This document shows positions 25,896 through 35,096 of a stretch of 35,096 bases of DNA, piece after piece. The translations under genes were made by a program, and so were the position numbers. Within the stretch, counting starts at the first letter, position 1, and every line of letters begins with the position of its first letter. Origin of the DNA: an uncultured Planctomycetia bacterium (GTDB taxonomy: Bacteria; Omnitrophota; Gorgyraeia; Gorgyraeales; Gorgyraeaceae); NCBI GenBank assembly GCA_964637815.1, contig CAZWYD010000004.1:1-35096 (forward strand), written 5' to 3'. The notes beneath the pieces are model-generated. The model saw only the letters and a list, made by a program, of their open reading frames with translations, searched no databases and was not told where the DNA came from.

Positions 25896-27550
25896 CGTAC
25901 CTCTAATATTGCGCCTTTGGAGGCGGAACTTACTAGCCTTGCGTATCTGGAAAGCCAGCCATGCTGAACCTTTGGCCTGGGCTGGCGCCATTTCTTTAAA
26001 CGCCTTTTTATCTCAGCCTTGGATAGATCCACGTCCAAGCGCCTCTTTTTTATGTCAATCTTGATCCTGTCGCCATTCCTTAATATAGCAATTGGCCCGC
26101 CCTTTGATGCCTCAGGCGCAATATGCCCTATGCACGGCCCGCGAGTACCACCTGAAAACCTGCCGTCAGTGATAAGTGCAACGTCATTGGACAGACCCAT
26201 GCCCACAATAGCTGATGTAGGAGAAAGCATCTCTCTCATGCCAGGGCCACCGTTCGGACCCTCGTAGCGTATGACAATAACATCACCCTTTTTCACTTTG
26301 CTGTTCAGGATAGCGCTCATTGCAGCTTCTTCAGAATCAAAAACCCTTGCCTTGCCTTTAAATAGCATTGCCTCTTCATCCACTGCACCTTGCTTTACGA
26401 CACTACCTTCTGGCGCAATGTTTCCCTTTAATATTGCAATGCCGCCCTCCTCTTTATAAGGATCATTCAGAGGCCTTATGACATCTTCATCATAAATCTT
26501 GCCAGCTTTTGCAATTTTCTTGATCGACGCACCGCAAACCGTTGGATTGTCGCTCAATTTTAGCTGAAGCCTATTCAAGACAGCTGGAATGCCGCCTGCG
26601 ATCTCAAGGTCCTCAAGAAAATATTCTCCGCTTGGCCTGAGATCACATATCTTTGGCGTCTTGCGGCTTATCTTATCAAAAGTAGCCAGTGGTAGATCGA
26701 TTCCTGCTTCTTTTGCGATCGCTGCAAGATGCAAAACCGTATTTGTAGATCCGCCCAGCGCCATATCCACCATAATCGCATTCAAAATGGATTTTCTATT
26801 AATGATCTGGCGCGGCTTCACATTCTTTTTAACAAGTTCAATGATGCGCTCGCCGCTCTCGAATGCAATCCTTGCCTTTTTGCTCGAAACAGCTAAAGAT
26901 GTTGCGCAGCCAGAAAGCGACATGCCCATTGTCTCTGTGAGACAGCTCATTGTATTGGCAGTAAAAAGTCCCTGGCACGAACCTGGGCCAGGACACGCAT
27001 TGGTCTCCAGTTCATCCAGGTCATGCTTTGAGATCTCGCCCTTCTTGTATCTGCCAACTGCCTCAAATGCATCGTGGACAAGGTCTAATCTCTTACCTTC
27101 GTAATGTCCAGTAAGCATCGGGCCTGCTGTCACGATGATGGTAGGCACATTGACTCTTGCACATGCCATGAGCATGCCAGGTGTGATCTTATCGCAATTC
27201 GTAAGAAGTACTAGCCCGTCGAGGCTATACGCGCCTGCCATTGTCTCAATAGAATCTGCTATGAGCTCCCTTGATGCAAGCGAATACCGCATGCCAAAGT
27301 GGCCCATTGCAATGCCATCGCAGATAGCAGGCACACCGAATATAAACGGCCGACCCCCTCCTGCATAAACGCCATTTTCAATCGCACGCTCAAGACCCCT
27401 CATGTGTATGTGTCCAGGCACAAGATCACTAAAGCTCGACGCAATGCCGATGAAAGGCTTTTGCATATCTCTTTTAGAACAGCCTGTTGCATATAAAAGT
27501 GCGCGATTCCCAACCCGCGAGATACCTTTTTTAATAATATCACTCTTCAT
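25892..27550 (-). CDS. ilvD: Dihydroxy-acid dehydratase
   Basis: [36 protein letters not shown]. Confidence 0.97.
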   Translation of the reverse strand: MKSDIIKKGISRVGNRALLYATGCSKRDMQKPFIGIASSFSDLVPGHIHMRGLERAIENGVYAGGGRPFIFGVPAICDGIAMGHFGMRYSLASRELIADSIETMAGAYSLDGLVLLTNCDKITPGMLMACARVNVPTIIVTAGPMLTGHYEGKRLDLVHDAFEAVGRYKKGEISKHDLDELETNACPGPGSCQGLFTANTMSCLTETMGMSLSGCATSLAVSSKKARIAFESGERIIELVKKNVKPRQIINRKSILNAIMVDMALGGSTNTVLHLAAIAKEAGIDLPLATFDKISRKTPKICDLRPSGEYFLEDLEIAGGIPAVLNRLQLKLSDNPTVCGASIKKIAKAGKIYDEDVIRPLNDPYKEEGGIAILKGNIAPEGSVVKQGAVDEEAMLFKGKARVFDSEEAAMSAILNSKVKKGDVIVIRYEGPNGGPGMREMLSPTSAIVGMGLSNDVALITDGRFSGGTRGPCIGHIAPEASKGGPIAILRNGDRIKIDIKKRRLDVDLSKAEIKRRLKKWRQPRPKVQHGWLSRYARLVSSASKGAILEVR

Positions 27551-27561
27551 ATTTTCCTCTC

Positions 27562-28524
27562 TCAATAAACCTCTATCTTCGCCTTGCTCCTTAATTCAGT
27601 GACAAATTTTTGCAGCACTTCTCCTCTGCGCTGATTTAATAAAAATCTCTCGATATCACCTGCAACCTCTTCGTAACTCAATGTCCTAGGCGTCTGCTTG
27701 TCCGCAATCTTTAGAATATGATAGCCAAACTGTGTCTCGACTATCTGGCTTATCTGTCCTGCTTCCAGACTAAACGCAGCATCTTCAAACGGTTTTACCA
27801 TCGCACCTCTTCCAAAATAACCCAGGTCCCCGCCATTCGGGGCTGAGCCATCCTGCGAATTTGCCTTTGCCAGCTCTGCAAAATCCTCGCCTGATAAAGC
27901 CTTTCTTCTTAAATCCTCTATCTTTGCCTTTGCCGCATTTTTATCCTCGTCACTTGCATCCGGCTTAGCCATAATCAATATATGACTCGCCTTTACCTGC
28001 TCAGGGACACTAAGCTTATCTTTATTTTTCTCATATTCCTGTCGTTTATTTTCCTCACTTACAGTAACACCAACATAGATGTCTCTATCCAGAAATGCCT
28101 TTATGTAGAGCCCCTTCTTTATGTCATTTTTGAGTTCTTTTTCGCTCACGCCTCTTTCTTTTAAAACCTTCTTGAATTCAGCCTTTGAGGCAAATCCATT
28201 TTTGATATTTTCAAGCTGTTCCTTCACCTTATCATCCAGATTATCCAGGCCAGCCTTTTTGCTCTCCTGATATAAAAGCTCCGCAGAGATTAATTCCTCT
28301 AGTATCTGTACGCGCAGCTTATCCTTATCTCCTTCATTGGTCTGCATGCCCATCATCTTTTGATTCGCAATAAAATTATCGACCGCGGCCTCGAGCGTCG
28401 TATTCTTGACCTTTACACCATTCACCTTTGCTGCATATTTTGAAGCAGCACTACTAGATATAGCAAAACCAAGTGCCAATACTAAAACCAGAGATGCAAA
28501 GATACCAATCTTACGCATACGCAT
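27562..28524 (-). CDS. Exported parvulin-type peptidyl-prolyl isomerase (SurA/PrsA-like)
   Basis: Signal peptide, [37 protein letters not shown]. Confidence 0.9.
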   Translation of the reverse strand: MRMRKIGIFASLVLVLALGFAISSSAASKYAAKVNGVKVKNTTLEAAVDNFIANQKMMGMQTNEGDKDKLRVQILEELISAELLYQESKKAGLDNLDDKVKEQLENIKNGFASKAEFKKVLKERGVSEKELKNDIKKGLYIKAFLDRDIYVGVTVSEENKRQEYEKNKDKLSVPEQVKASHILIMAKPDASDEDKNAAKAKIEDLRRKALSGEDFAELAKANSQDGSAPNGGDLGYFGRGAMVKPFEDAAFSLEAGQISQIVETQFGYHILKIADKQTPRTLSYEEVAGDIERFLLNQRRGEVLQKFVTELRSKAKIEVY

Positions 28525-28574
28525 TGTCTCTCCTTTTGTTATGGCCCTTCCGAGCCTATTATCATTAGCTATAT

Positions 28575-28603
28575 ATTATGCCACCTAGGATAAGAAAATA
28601 CAA
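28575..28603 (-). promoter_or_regulatory. sigma70-type promoter for the PPIase-ilv-aro operon
   Basis: TTGTAT-N17-CATAAT with extended TG. Confidence 0.55.
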
Positions 28604-28623
28604 TAGGTTTTTTATAGTCATAC

Positions 28624-28653
28624 CTGTCATTGCGAGCGAAGCGAAGCAATCTC
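28624..28653. repeat. 30-bp dispersed repeat, intergenic copy
   Basis: CTGTCATTGCGAGCGAAGCGAAGCAATCTC; 29/30 identical to the reverse complement of 34091-34120. Confidence 0.9.
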
Positions 28654-28666
28654 TTTACCCAGTATT

Positions 28667-28745
28667 ATGGGGCGCGGGGTATTCTGTTCGCGGGCCCCTC
28701 CGCCCGGTGTAGATCCTCCCACTCACAGAACACCCCACGCCCCAC
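28667..28745 (-). ncRNA. Candidate structured small RNA (three-way junction)
   Basis: GC-rich island in AT-rich DNA. 21-bp closing stem whose three non-Watson-Crick pairs are G.U only on the minus strand; two inner hairpins. Confidence 0.5.
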
Positions 28746-28821
28746 TTATATATCGAAGGTTAACTTTTAAAATTAGCTTACATATCTCGATTTGAAAGAA
28801 AGGGTTGCTGACGCTGCAGGA

Positions 28822-29676
28822 TTAGATATCGGTTTGTTTCTGAAGTAGGTCGTTAATACTCGTTACACCCATCTGCTTTGCTATATATTCATCAACTGCG
28901 GGTATAGAGAATAACCCGTTATTGTCAATCTGCATAATGCGGTCTTCCTTATAATACTCTTTTATGTAATAGTCATAAAGACCTTTTTTGTCCCTCTCCC
29001 TATTGGTGCTAAGTTCCCCTAACAAGATATGAACCGTATTACCTTTTAAGCCGACCAATGTGAATAAATCTATCATATATAAATCTTGATGTATATGCTC
29101 TGTAGAAATAAAATCTTCCGTATCTTCTGCCTTAATAAAAACATCAAAATGATTTGTAAGAGTATGCTGACCAAACTTCAAATACTTTCCATGCAATCTA
29201 CCCAATTGAAACCCTAAATCTTCTTGTCCTTCCAGCCATTCATGCACAGCTTTCTCTTTCCATTCTCTAAACAGTCTAGCACCCTCTGCATTTTTTGCAA
29301 GACTCCCCCATTCGCCTGATTGTTCCCACGAATCAACAACCTTCGTATTCCACAAATTCAACATCTTGCCTAATTTATTTCTTAGCTTCAAGTATTCTTC
29401 TATATCAACCTTGCTTATTTCTTTGCTATCTTCAAAGCTAGTGTACAATTTACTAAGCAATGTAATATAGTCCTTATAATCTGGATATATTTTTTCAATC
29501 AATTCTGGAATAGACATCTTTAACAGCATGGCTTCGTCAAACTCATCATAATCTCCATCAATATGCACTCGCAAAGTATAATCTTGTGCATAAACAGGTA
29601 ATGCATAGCATAACATAGCTATCGTCAATATAACAAATGTTGATTTTGAATTCTGCGCTTTTCTAATCATCTTCAT
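28822..29676 (-). CDS. AT-rich secreted orphan protein
   Basis: 284 aa; signal peptide ending VYA, then QDYTLRVHID; TGGTATAAT promoter at 29749-29741. Confidence 0.75.
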   Translation of the reverse strand: MKMIRKAQNSKSTFVILTIAMLCYALPVYAQDYTLRVHIDGDYDEFDEAMLLKMSIPELIEKIYPDYKDYITLLSKLYTSFEDSKEISKVDIEEYLKLRNKLGKMLNLWNTKVVDSWEQSGEWGSLAKNAEGARLFREWKEKAVHEWLEGQEDLGFQLGRLHGKYLKFGQHTLTNHFDVFIKAEDTEDFISTEHIHQDLYMIDLFTLVGLKGNTVHILLGELSTNRERDKKGLYDYYIKEYYKEDRIMQIDNNGLFSIPAVDEYIAKQMGVTSINDLLQKQTDI

Positions 29677-29779
29677 AATTTAGCTAAAATATTAGCCTTT
29701 CCTTAGTCCTTAAAAGGAAAAGGCTTATCTCACTTATATAATTATACCACAGAAATATGATATAAACAAGAAAAGCTTT

Positions 29780-30253
29780 CTACCTGGAGATCTCTGTGAC
29801 CTTGTACTTGAGCGTGCCGGCTGGGACTCTTATGTGTACGATCTCACCCTTTTTCTTGCCTAAGAGGGCCTTGCCTACAGGCGAGGAGGTAGAGATCTTG
29901 CCCTGGTCAAAGTTTGCTTCGTCCTCTGACACGAGCGTGTAAGAGATCTCTTCCTTTGAGCTTATGTCTACTAATTTAATAGTAGCTCCTATATAGGCCT
30001 TATCTTTGGGAATATTCTCTTCTTCAATGAGTCTTGCCTTCATGAGCTTTTGCTCGAGCTCTGATATCCTTTTCTCGTTTATTGCCTGATCCTGTTTGGC
30101 TGCATCATACTCTGCGTTCTCGCTCAGGTCTCCCAGGGCCCGCGCCTTTTCAAGCGCGTCTGCTATCTCCCTGCGCTTGGCACTTTTAAGTGACTTGAGC
30201 TGTTTTACTAACTTTGCATGACCTTCTCTTGTTAAAAAAATATTTTCTGACAT
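29780..30253 (-). CDS. greA: Transcription elongation factor GreA
   Basis: LTREG, GDLSENAEY, ISTSSPVGKALLG. Confidence 0.97.
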   Translation of the reverse strand: MSENIFLTREGHAKLVKQLKSLKSAKRREIADALEKARALGDLSENAEYDAAKQDQAINEKRISELEQKLMKARLIEEENIPKDKAYIGATIKLVDISSKEEISYTLVSEDEANFDQGKISTSSPVGKALLGKKKGEIVHIRVPAGTLKYKVTEISR

Positions 30254-30274
30254 GTGTCCTCCCTTTAAAAGATA

Positions 30275-30455
30275 CCACAGAGTACACAGAGGTTTTTTAT
30301 AATAAAATTCTCTGTGTACTCAAATATCTGCCTTGGTCAACCTCGTAGGTTGCCGTACGGCAACCTACGAGGTTTTACAATAAAAGCCTTGCTTTCTTAT
30401 CTATAGACTTGGAGAACTCAGAGAAAATTATTAATTACTCTGTGTTCTCTGTGGT
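30275..30455. repeat. Composite inverted-repeat (MITE-like) element filling the alr-greA spacer
   Basis: Terminal inverted repeat ACCACAGAGTACACAGAG / CTCTGTGTTCTCTGTGGT with internal partial copies, enclosing the perfect palindrome 30339-30374. Confidence 0.75.
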
Positions 30456-30456
30456 T

Positions 30457-31572
30457 TCATTTATAAACCCTTGGTACGCGGCGTCCTATGTTGCACACAA
30501 TTTCATACGGAATAGTATATATTAGATTCGCGAGTTCCTCAGCCCTTATAATATCTTTACCTTGAGCACCGATCAACACTACCTCATCTCCAACCTTCGC
30601 ACCTCTTATGTGTCCCACATAGACCATGGTCATGTCCATGCACACCCTACCTACTACTGGTGCGCGTTTACCTTTTATTAAAACATTGGCTCTATTTGAT
30701 AAATGCCGCGAATAACCATCTCCATACCCTACTGGAATCGTAGCGATCTTCGTATCTTCACCTGCAACATACGTCCTTCCATAACTTATACTTCTTCCTC
30801 GCGCTACTGATTTAAGATGAACTATTTTTGTCTTGAGTTTTAATACTGGCCTTAGATTTAGCCTCTTAAATAGATCGATTCTAGGATGCAGGCCATACAT
30901 GATAAGGCCGGGCCTCACCATATTCATGCGAGACTCTTTAAAATCTATAAGCGCCATGCTGTTGGAGGTATGTTTTATAGGTATATCAATGCCGCATCGC
31001 CAAAGGGATCGCATGAGAAGATTAAAATCCTTTATCTGCTTCTGCGTAAAAGGCGCGTCACTCTCTGCGCTTGGAAAATGCGTAAATATACCGTCTATAA
31101 TTAAATTTTCCAGCAATGCTATTTTTTTGACAAAACCAATTGCCTCTTCATGCCAAAAACCAAGCCTACCCATACCTGTATCAATCTTTATGTGGATCCT
31201 TATCTTTTTCTTCTTTTTCTTGGCAAGTCTTGAGAGTATCCTTGCAATATCTAAATCTGAAACCGTCTGTATTACATTGAATTTCAATACACCTTCAGCT
31301 TCCTGGGGCAAGATCGACCCTAGCACAATGATCTTTGCCTTTATGCGTGCTGCGCGCAGTAACGCAGCCTCGTCTAAAGAAGCAACGCCCAGATATTTTA
31401 CGCCTTGTCTGATGAGCACCCTTGAGACCTCGAGCATACCATGACCATACGCATCTGCCTTTACAACACCAAGTATCTCTGTGTCCTTGCCCACTATATC
31501 TTTTATCTTGCGCAGATTATGGCGCATCGCATTCAGATCTATCTCCGCATATGTTGGTCTATAAAACTTCAT
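30457..31572 (-). CDS. alr: Alanine racemase
   Basis: VVKADAYGHG, KIDTGMGRLG, VRPG, GYGDG, GRVCMD, IPYE. Start at MKFYRPT with ATGA overlap to tsaB. Confidence 0.96.
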   Translation of the reverse strand: MKFYRPTYAEIDLNAMRHNLRKIKDIVGKDTEILGVVKADAYGHGMLEVSRVLIRQGVKYLGVASLDEAALLRAARIKAKIIVLGSILPQEAEGVLKFNVIQTVSDLDIARILSRLAKKKKKKIRIHIKIDTGMGRLGFWHEEAIGFVKKIALLENLIIDGIFTHFPSAESDAPFTQKQIKDFNLLMRSLWRCGIDIPIKHTSNSMALIDFKESRMNMVRPGLIMYGLHPRIDLFKRLNLRPVLKLKTKIVHLKSVARGRSISYGRTYVAGEDTKIATIPVGYGDGYSRHLSNRANVLIKGKRAPVVGRVCMDMTMVYVGHIRGAKVGDEVVLIGAQGKDIIRAEELANLIYTIPYEIVCNIGRRVPRVYK

Positions 31573-32225
31573 TTTTTCACCTGACAGTCTTTTGGATATA
31601 GATAAATAGGCTCGAGTTTGGCTAAATTGCATTTCTTGATTCGCTTTATTTTTGGCAGTGCCAGTTTTATTAGATTGCCTGCCTTTGGATACCAATATTC
31701 CTCTTCTAAAAAAATTCCTCGTCCTATTTTATCTTTATAAATACTAATGCCATCGCCTAAAAAAATAGCATCCTTCTTTACTTTTTTTAAAAGCTTGTCC
31801 ACTTTTATCAATAAATAATCTGTTTTCCTAACAACACGGCCATTCTTTTTCTCATAGATAGCGCTATAGACATTCTCCCTCTTCGCGTCTATGATAGGGA
31901 TGATCATGCCAGAACCTGCATTCATTGCAATCGCATCAATGCTCGCGACTCCGATACATGGTTTTTTCAAGGCAAGGCCAAGACCTTTTATTGCGCTCAC
32001 ACCTATGCGTAGACCTGTAAATGAGCCTGGGCCTAATCCAACAACAAAGGCGTCTATCTTGTTTATTGAAAGGTCTAAGCCCTCCAACATCTCCTTGATC
32101 TTAGGCACTAATAAACTCGAATGCCTTCTATCAAGAAGATAGTTCTCTTCCTTTATTATATCCTTGCCGTTTCCTAGTGCAATGCTTAAAAATTTCGAAC
32201 TTGTATCAATCGCTAAGATCTTCAA
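31569..32225 (-). CDS. tsaB: t6A biosynthesis protein TsaB
   Basis: ILAIDTS, GPGSFTGLRIG, IDAKR, EPIYL. Confidence 0.95.
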   Translation of the reverse strand: MKILAIDTSSKFLSIALGNGKDIIKEENYLLDRRHSSLLVPKIKEMLEGLDLSINKIDAFVVGLGPGSFTGLRIGVSAIKGLGLALKKPCIGVASIDAIAMNAGSGMIIPIIDAKRENVYSAIYEKKNGRVVRKTDYLLIKVDKLLKKVKKDAIFLGDGISIYKDKIGRGIFLEEEYWYPKAGNLIKLALPKIKRIKKCNLAKLEPIYLYPKDCQVKK

Positions 32226-32625
32226 TCTCTATCCCTCTTTCGCTCTCGCCTTTAATGGTAAATTTTACAGCAATGTGTTTTTTTGGAAGAAGTCCTTTCA
32301 TCTTCCCTGCCCACTCTATGATAGTTATGCCGTCACCGTATATATATTCCTCTACTGCAATGTCTTCTATATCCTGTAAATTATCGAGCCTGTATAGATC
32401 CAGGTGATATAGGGGAAGTTTACCTTTATATTCCTTTATAAGAACAAATGTTGGGCTATTTATATGCATGGCGTTCTTTACGCCAAGACCTTTTCCAATG
32501 CCTTTGGTAAACGTAGTCTTACCACTGCCAAGATCCCCAAAAAGCGCCACCACGCTCCCCTTGGACAACCTCTTTGCCAGATCCTCACCCAACCTAATTG
32601 TCTCTTCTGGACTATGCGTCAACAT
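32206..32625 (-). CDS. tsaE: t6A biosynthesis ATPase TsaE
   Basis: GDLGSGKTT, SPTF, HLDLYRL, IEW. Confidence 0.95.
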   Translation of the reverse strand: MLTHSPEETIRLGEDLAKRLSKGSVVALFGDLGSGKTTFTKGIGKGLGVKNAMHINSPTFVLIKEYKGKLPLYHLDLYRLDNLQDIEDIAVEEYIYGDGITIIEWAGKMKGLLPKKHIAVKFTIKGESERGIEIEDLSD

Positions 32626-33440
32626 GCTGATTTAAAATGGTTATAGCCTTTTACTGGTAATTTTTTTTCTTTGCCAGTTATTTCGCCTATTCTTGAAAGC
32701 CTTGTCTTAAAAGGCCATGTCTTGATTATTTTTTTTGCATCTTTTTTAGAGACAGTAAATACCAGTTCAAAGTCTTCACCTAGGTCTATGGGTCCTCTAA
32801 GCGGAATAGCTTTTTCATCGAGCACTGCGCCAACATTACTTCTCTCCAATATATGGCCAAGATCAGCTAAAAGCCCGTCAGATACATCTATCATTGAATG
32901 GATCTTGAAATGATTTACTAAAAAGCGCGCTTCTTTTAGCCTGGGAGTAAATCCCAGGTGATTACCTGTGCCGAGCGTGCCTGTAACAAATATCGCATCA
33001 CCTTTTCTTGCACCACTACGTAAGACCAAATTCTTTTTTTCTACCTCACCTAGGAGCGCGATATTTATGATAATCTTTTTAGAGGCGATTGTGTCTCCGC
33101 CAACTAGATCTACTTTAAATCTCTTGGCAACAGACTCTATACCTTTATATATAGCATCCACGTATTTTACCTTTAAAGAGCCTGGCACGCCTAGGGAAAT
33201 CACTGCAGACTTTGGGACCCCTCCCATTGCTGCAATATCGCTTATATTTACCGATAGGCTTTTCTTGCCGATTAGGTATGGTGAAGCGCTCTTAAAAAAG
33301 TGCCTGTCCTCAAGCAGCATATCAGTTGTAAACAAAAGAAACTTGTCTTTTTTATATTTTAAGACAGCAGTATCATCTAAGTTTATAGACTTAGCGATCC
33401 TTTTTATAAGCTTAAATTCTCCTAAATCTCTTATTCTCAT
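32619..33440 (-). CDS. thiL: Thiamine-monophosphate kinase
   Basis: GEFKLI, DDTA, NISDIAAMGG, GGDT, DVSDGL, GEDFEL. Confidence 0.93.
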   Translation of the reverse strand: MRIRDLGEFKLIKRIAKSINLDDTAVLKYKKDKFLLFTTDMLLEDRHFFKSASPYLIGKKSLSVNISDIAAMGGVPKSAVISLGVPGSLKVKYVDAIYKGIESVAKRFKVDLVGGDTIASKKIIINIALLGEVEKKNLVLRSGARKGDAIFVTGTLGTGNHLGFTPRLKEARFLVNHFKIHSMIDVSDGLLADLGHILERSNVGAVLDEKAIPLRGPIDLGEDFELVFTVSKKDAKKIIKTWPFKTRLSRIGEITGKEKKLPVKGYNHFKSAC

Positions 33441-34440
33441 ATACGCCTGATTCAGTTATTATTGCTGTTATGAGCTCATTTGGAGTTACATCAAATGCTG
33501 GATTAAAGACCTTGGATTTATTCGGTGCTGTTTGCTTTGACCCCACATAGATAAGTTCCTCAGGTTTTCTTTCTTCTATAGGGATGTCTTTTCCTGTGGC
33601 TGCATTTCTATCTATGGTAGAACTTGGCGCTGCCACGTAAAAAGGGATCTTGTGATGTTTGGCAAGCACTGCAAGGCCATATGTACCGATCTTATTTGCC
33701 GCATCTCCATTTCGTGCGATCCTGTCAGCACCGACGATAATCTTTGTAACACCCTTGTTTTTTATAGTTGATGCTGCCATGTCGTCACATATGAGCGTTG
33801 CATCGATCTTATTTTTCATCAGCTCCCACATGGTAAGCCGCGAACCCTGCATGAGCGGCCGCGTCTCATCTGCATATACCTTAAACTTCTTACCCTGTTT
33901 CTTTGCCTCGTAAAGAGGTGAGAGTGCTGTACCATAGCCTGCTGTTGCGAGCATACCTGCATTGCAATGCGTGAGTACAATGTCTCTATTCTTTATCAAT
34001 CTGGCACCGTTTTTTCCTATTGCGCGGCACATCTCTTGATCCTCGTTCATTATGGAAAGGGCTTCTTTTAAGAGGGATTTTTTGATCTTTGAGATTGCTT
34101 CGCTTTGCTCGCAATGACAGTAGAAACAATTCTCCATCCTCTTCAGCGCCCAGAAAAGATTCACTGCAGTTGGCCGAGTCTTTTTAAGTTTCAAGTAAGC
34201 ACTCTTCAAATCCTTCTTAAGTCCAGTCAATGTCTTTGCCTTTGAATTTATAGCTGCGAGCGCGTAACCCAGGGCAACAGAGACACCTATTAAAGGTGCG
34301 CCACGAACCCTTAGCTTCTTCACAGCCTCACACAGCGTGTCTACATCAGTACATCTCACATACTTTAGCCGTGCTGGCAATTCTGTCTGATCAATAAAAA
34401 TGATCTTATTCTTCTCCCATTTGATAGGTTCAAGTAGCAT
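33412..34440 (-). CDS. mtnA: Methylthioribose-1-phosphate isomerase
   Basis: VRGAPLIG, RPTAVNL, THCNAG, ETRP, GADRI, NKIGT, NPAFDVTP. Confidence 0.95.
   Translation of the reverse strand: MLLEPIKWEKNKIIFIDQTELPARLKYVRCTDVDTLCEAVKKLRVRGAPLIGVSVALGYALAAINSKAKTLTGLKKDLKSAYLKLKKTRPTAVNLFWALKRMENCFYCHCEQSEAISKIKKSLLKEALSIMNEDQEMCRAIGKNGARLIKNRDIVLTHCNAGMLATAGYGTALSPLYEAKKQGKKFKVYADETRPLMQGSRLTMWELMKNKIDATLICDDMAASTIKNKGVTKIIVGADRIARNGDAANKIGTYGLAVLAKHHKIPFYVAAPSSTIDRNAATGKDIPIEERKPEELIYVGSKQTAPNKSKVFNPAFDVTPNELITAIITESGVYENKRFRRI
34091..34120. repeat. 30-bp dispersed repeat in frame inside mtnA
   Basis: Encodes CHCEQSEAIS; 29/30 identical to 28624-28653. Confidence 0.9.
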
Positions 34441-34455
34441 AACACCTTCCTCCAT

Positions 34456-35096
34456 TTATAGACCGCAGATGCGGGCCAGGATGTTGCGTCTCAACTTCAC
34501 TGCATTATGCGGACACACCTCATGGCAGCACATGCACATGATGCACTTATGACAATCTATGGTGAATCCTTTAATTGCAGATACAGGGCAACTCTTAGTA
34601 CATATATCGCATTTTTTACAAATATCTTTATTTATATACGGTCCGAATCTGACAAAACTTGCCAGCATCTTAAGGGTGCGCTCCGGCAGCATGAATAGCT
34701 TCTTAGAATGTGGCAGCTTAAACTCTTCTATGAAATTCTCTGAAACACTCTCGCCTACAACCTCGATATTTTCTAAAGACATCTCTCCGAGACCTCTTTT
34801 ACTGGCCTCTTTGGTCATCAGGATATCCGAAGGCCTGACCTTGATCAAATGCGAAAATATACTATCTATAGCCACACCATCACTACCTGCCATCAAAATC
34901 CCGGTATCTCTCAGCCTGCCTGCGCTGGGCCCATCTCCATCCATTGAAATAATTCCATCCATTAAAACAAGATGCGGTTTAACTATTTTGTAGACATCGA
35001 CCAAGATACTAACAAACTCCCTGGGGTTTGGAAATTTTTTATGATACTCGGCCTTTATAAGACCCGAAACCGCACCATACATATTTTTTATAGCGC
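34456..35096 (-). CDS. DUF362 domain protein with C-terminal 4Fe-4S dicluster (5' end outside the window)
   Basis: DGIISMDGDGPSAG, DGVAID, CKKCDICTKSCP and CIMCMCCHEVCP; the frame appears to stay open to the window edge. Confidence 0.8.
   Translation of the reverse strand, partial: AIKNMYGAVSGLIKAEYHKKFPNPREFVSILVDVYKIVKPHLVLMDGIISMDGDGPSAGRLRDTGILMAGSDGVAIDSIFSHLIKVRPSDILMTKEASKRGLGEMSLENIEVVGESVSENFIEEFKLPHSKKLFMLPERTLKMLASFVRFGPYINKDICKKCDICTKSCPVSAIKGFTIDCHKCIMCMCCHEVCPHNAVKLRRNILARICGL

Noticed and set aside
28525-28820. T-box or leader-peptide attenuator for the ilv-leu operon
   Set aside because: No T-box consensus, no Leu/Ile/Val-rich leader ORF and no terminator U-tract were seen.
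30833-31444. Long plus-strand ORFs (for example 30833-31444, 12040-12597, 26589-27104, 13056-13559)
   Set aside because: They are antisense shadows of well-supported minus-strand genes, with no recognisable motifs.

Overview
A 35 kb, mostly minus-strand bacterial housekeeping region. The gene content and style suggest a PVC-related lineage such as Omnitrophota, but that is inference. Right to left it holds: a partial DUF362/4Fe-4S gene, mtnA-thiL-tsaE-tsaB-alr, greA, a parvulin PPIase, ilvD-ilvB-ilvN-ilvC-leuA-aroE-pilD-aroC, aroK, a variable AT-rich island with several toxin-antitoxin modules upstream of dprA, dprA-topA-xerC-queC-queE-fumarate hydratase alpha/beta-rph-rdgB, five tRNA genes, a TrmH-family methyltransferase, rlmN and radC. 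Main non-routine observations: (1) tRNA-Arg(UCU) is split by a compact 198-nt group I intron after U34. (2) A bipartite motif TGAAAG-N16/17-GTGTCTTAT lies before radC and three times upstream of dprA, a candidate alternative-sigma competence promoter. (3) The dprA upstream locus repeats the unit [motif]-[TA module]-[dprA 5' end] with different TA modules. (4) Two unrelated-looking secreted orphan genes 12 kb apart share a homologous promoter, leader and signal-peptide module. (5) Several REP-like palindromes occur both between genes and in frame inside aroE, mtnA, dprA and the fumarase beta gene. (6) There is a candidate ~79-nt structured RNA, and fold-back elements are fused to tRNA ends. All calls were made by eye from the sequence; no searches were run.
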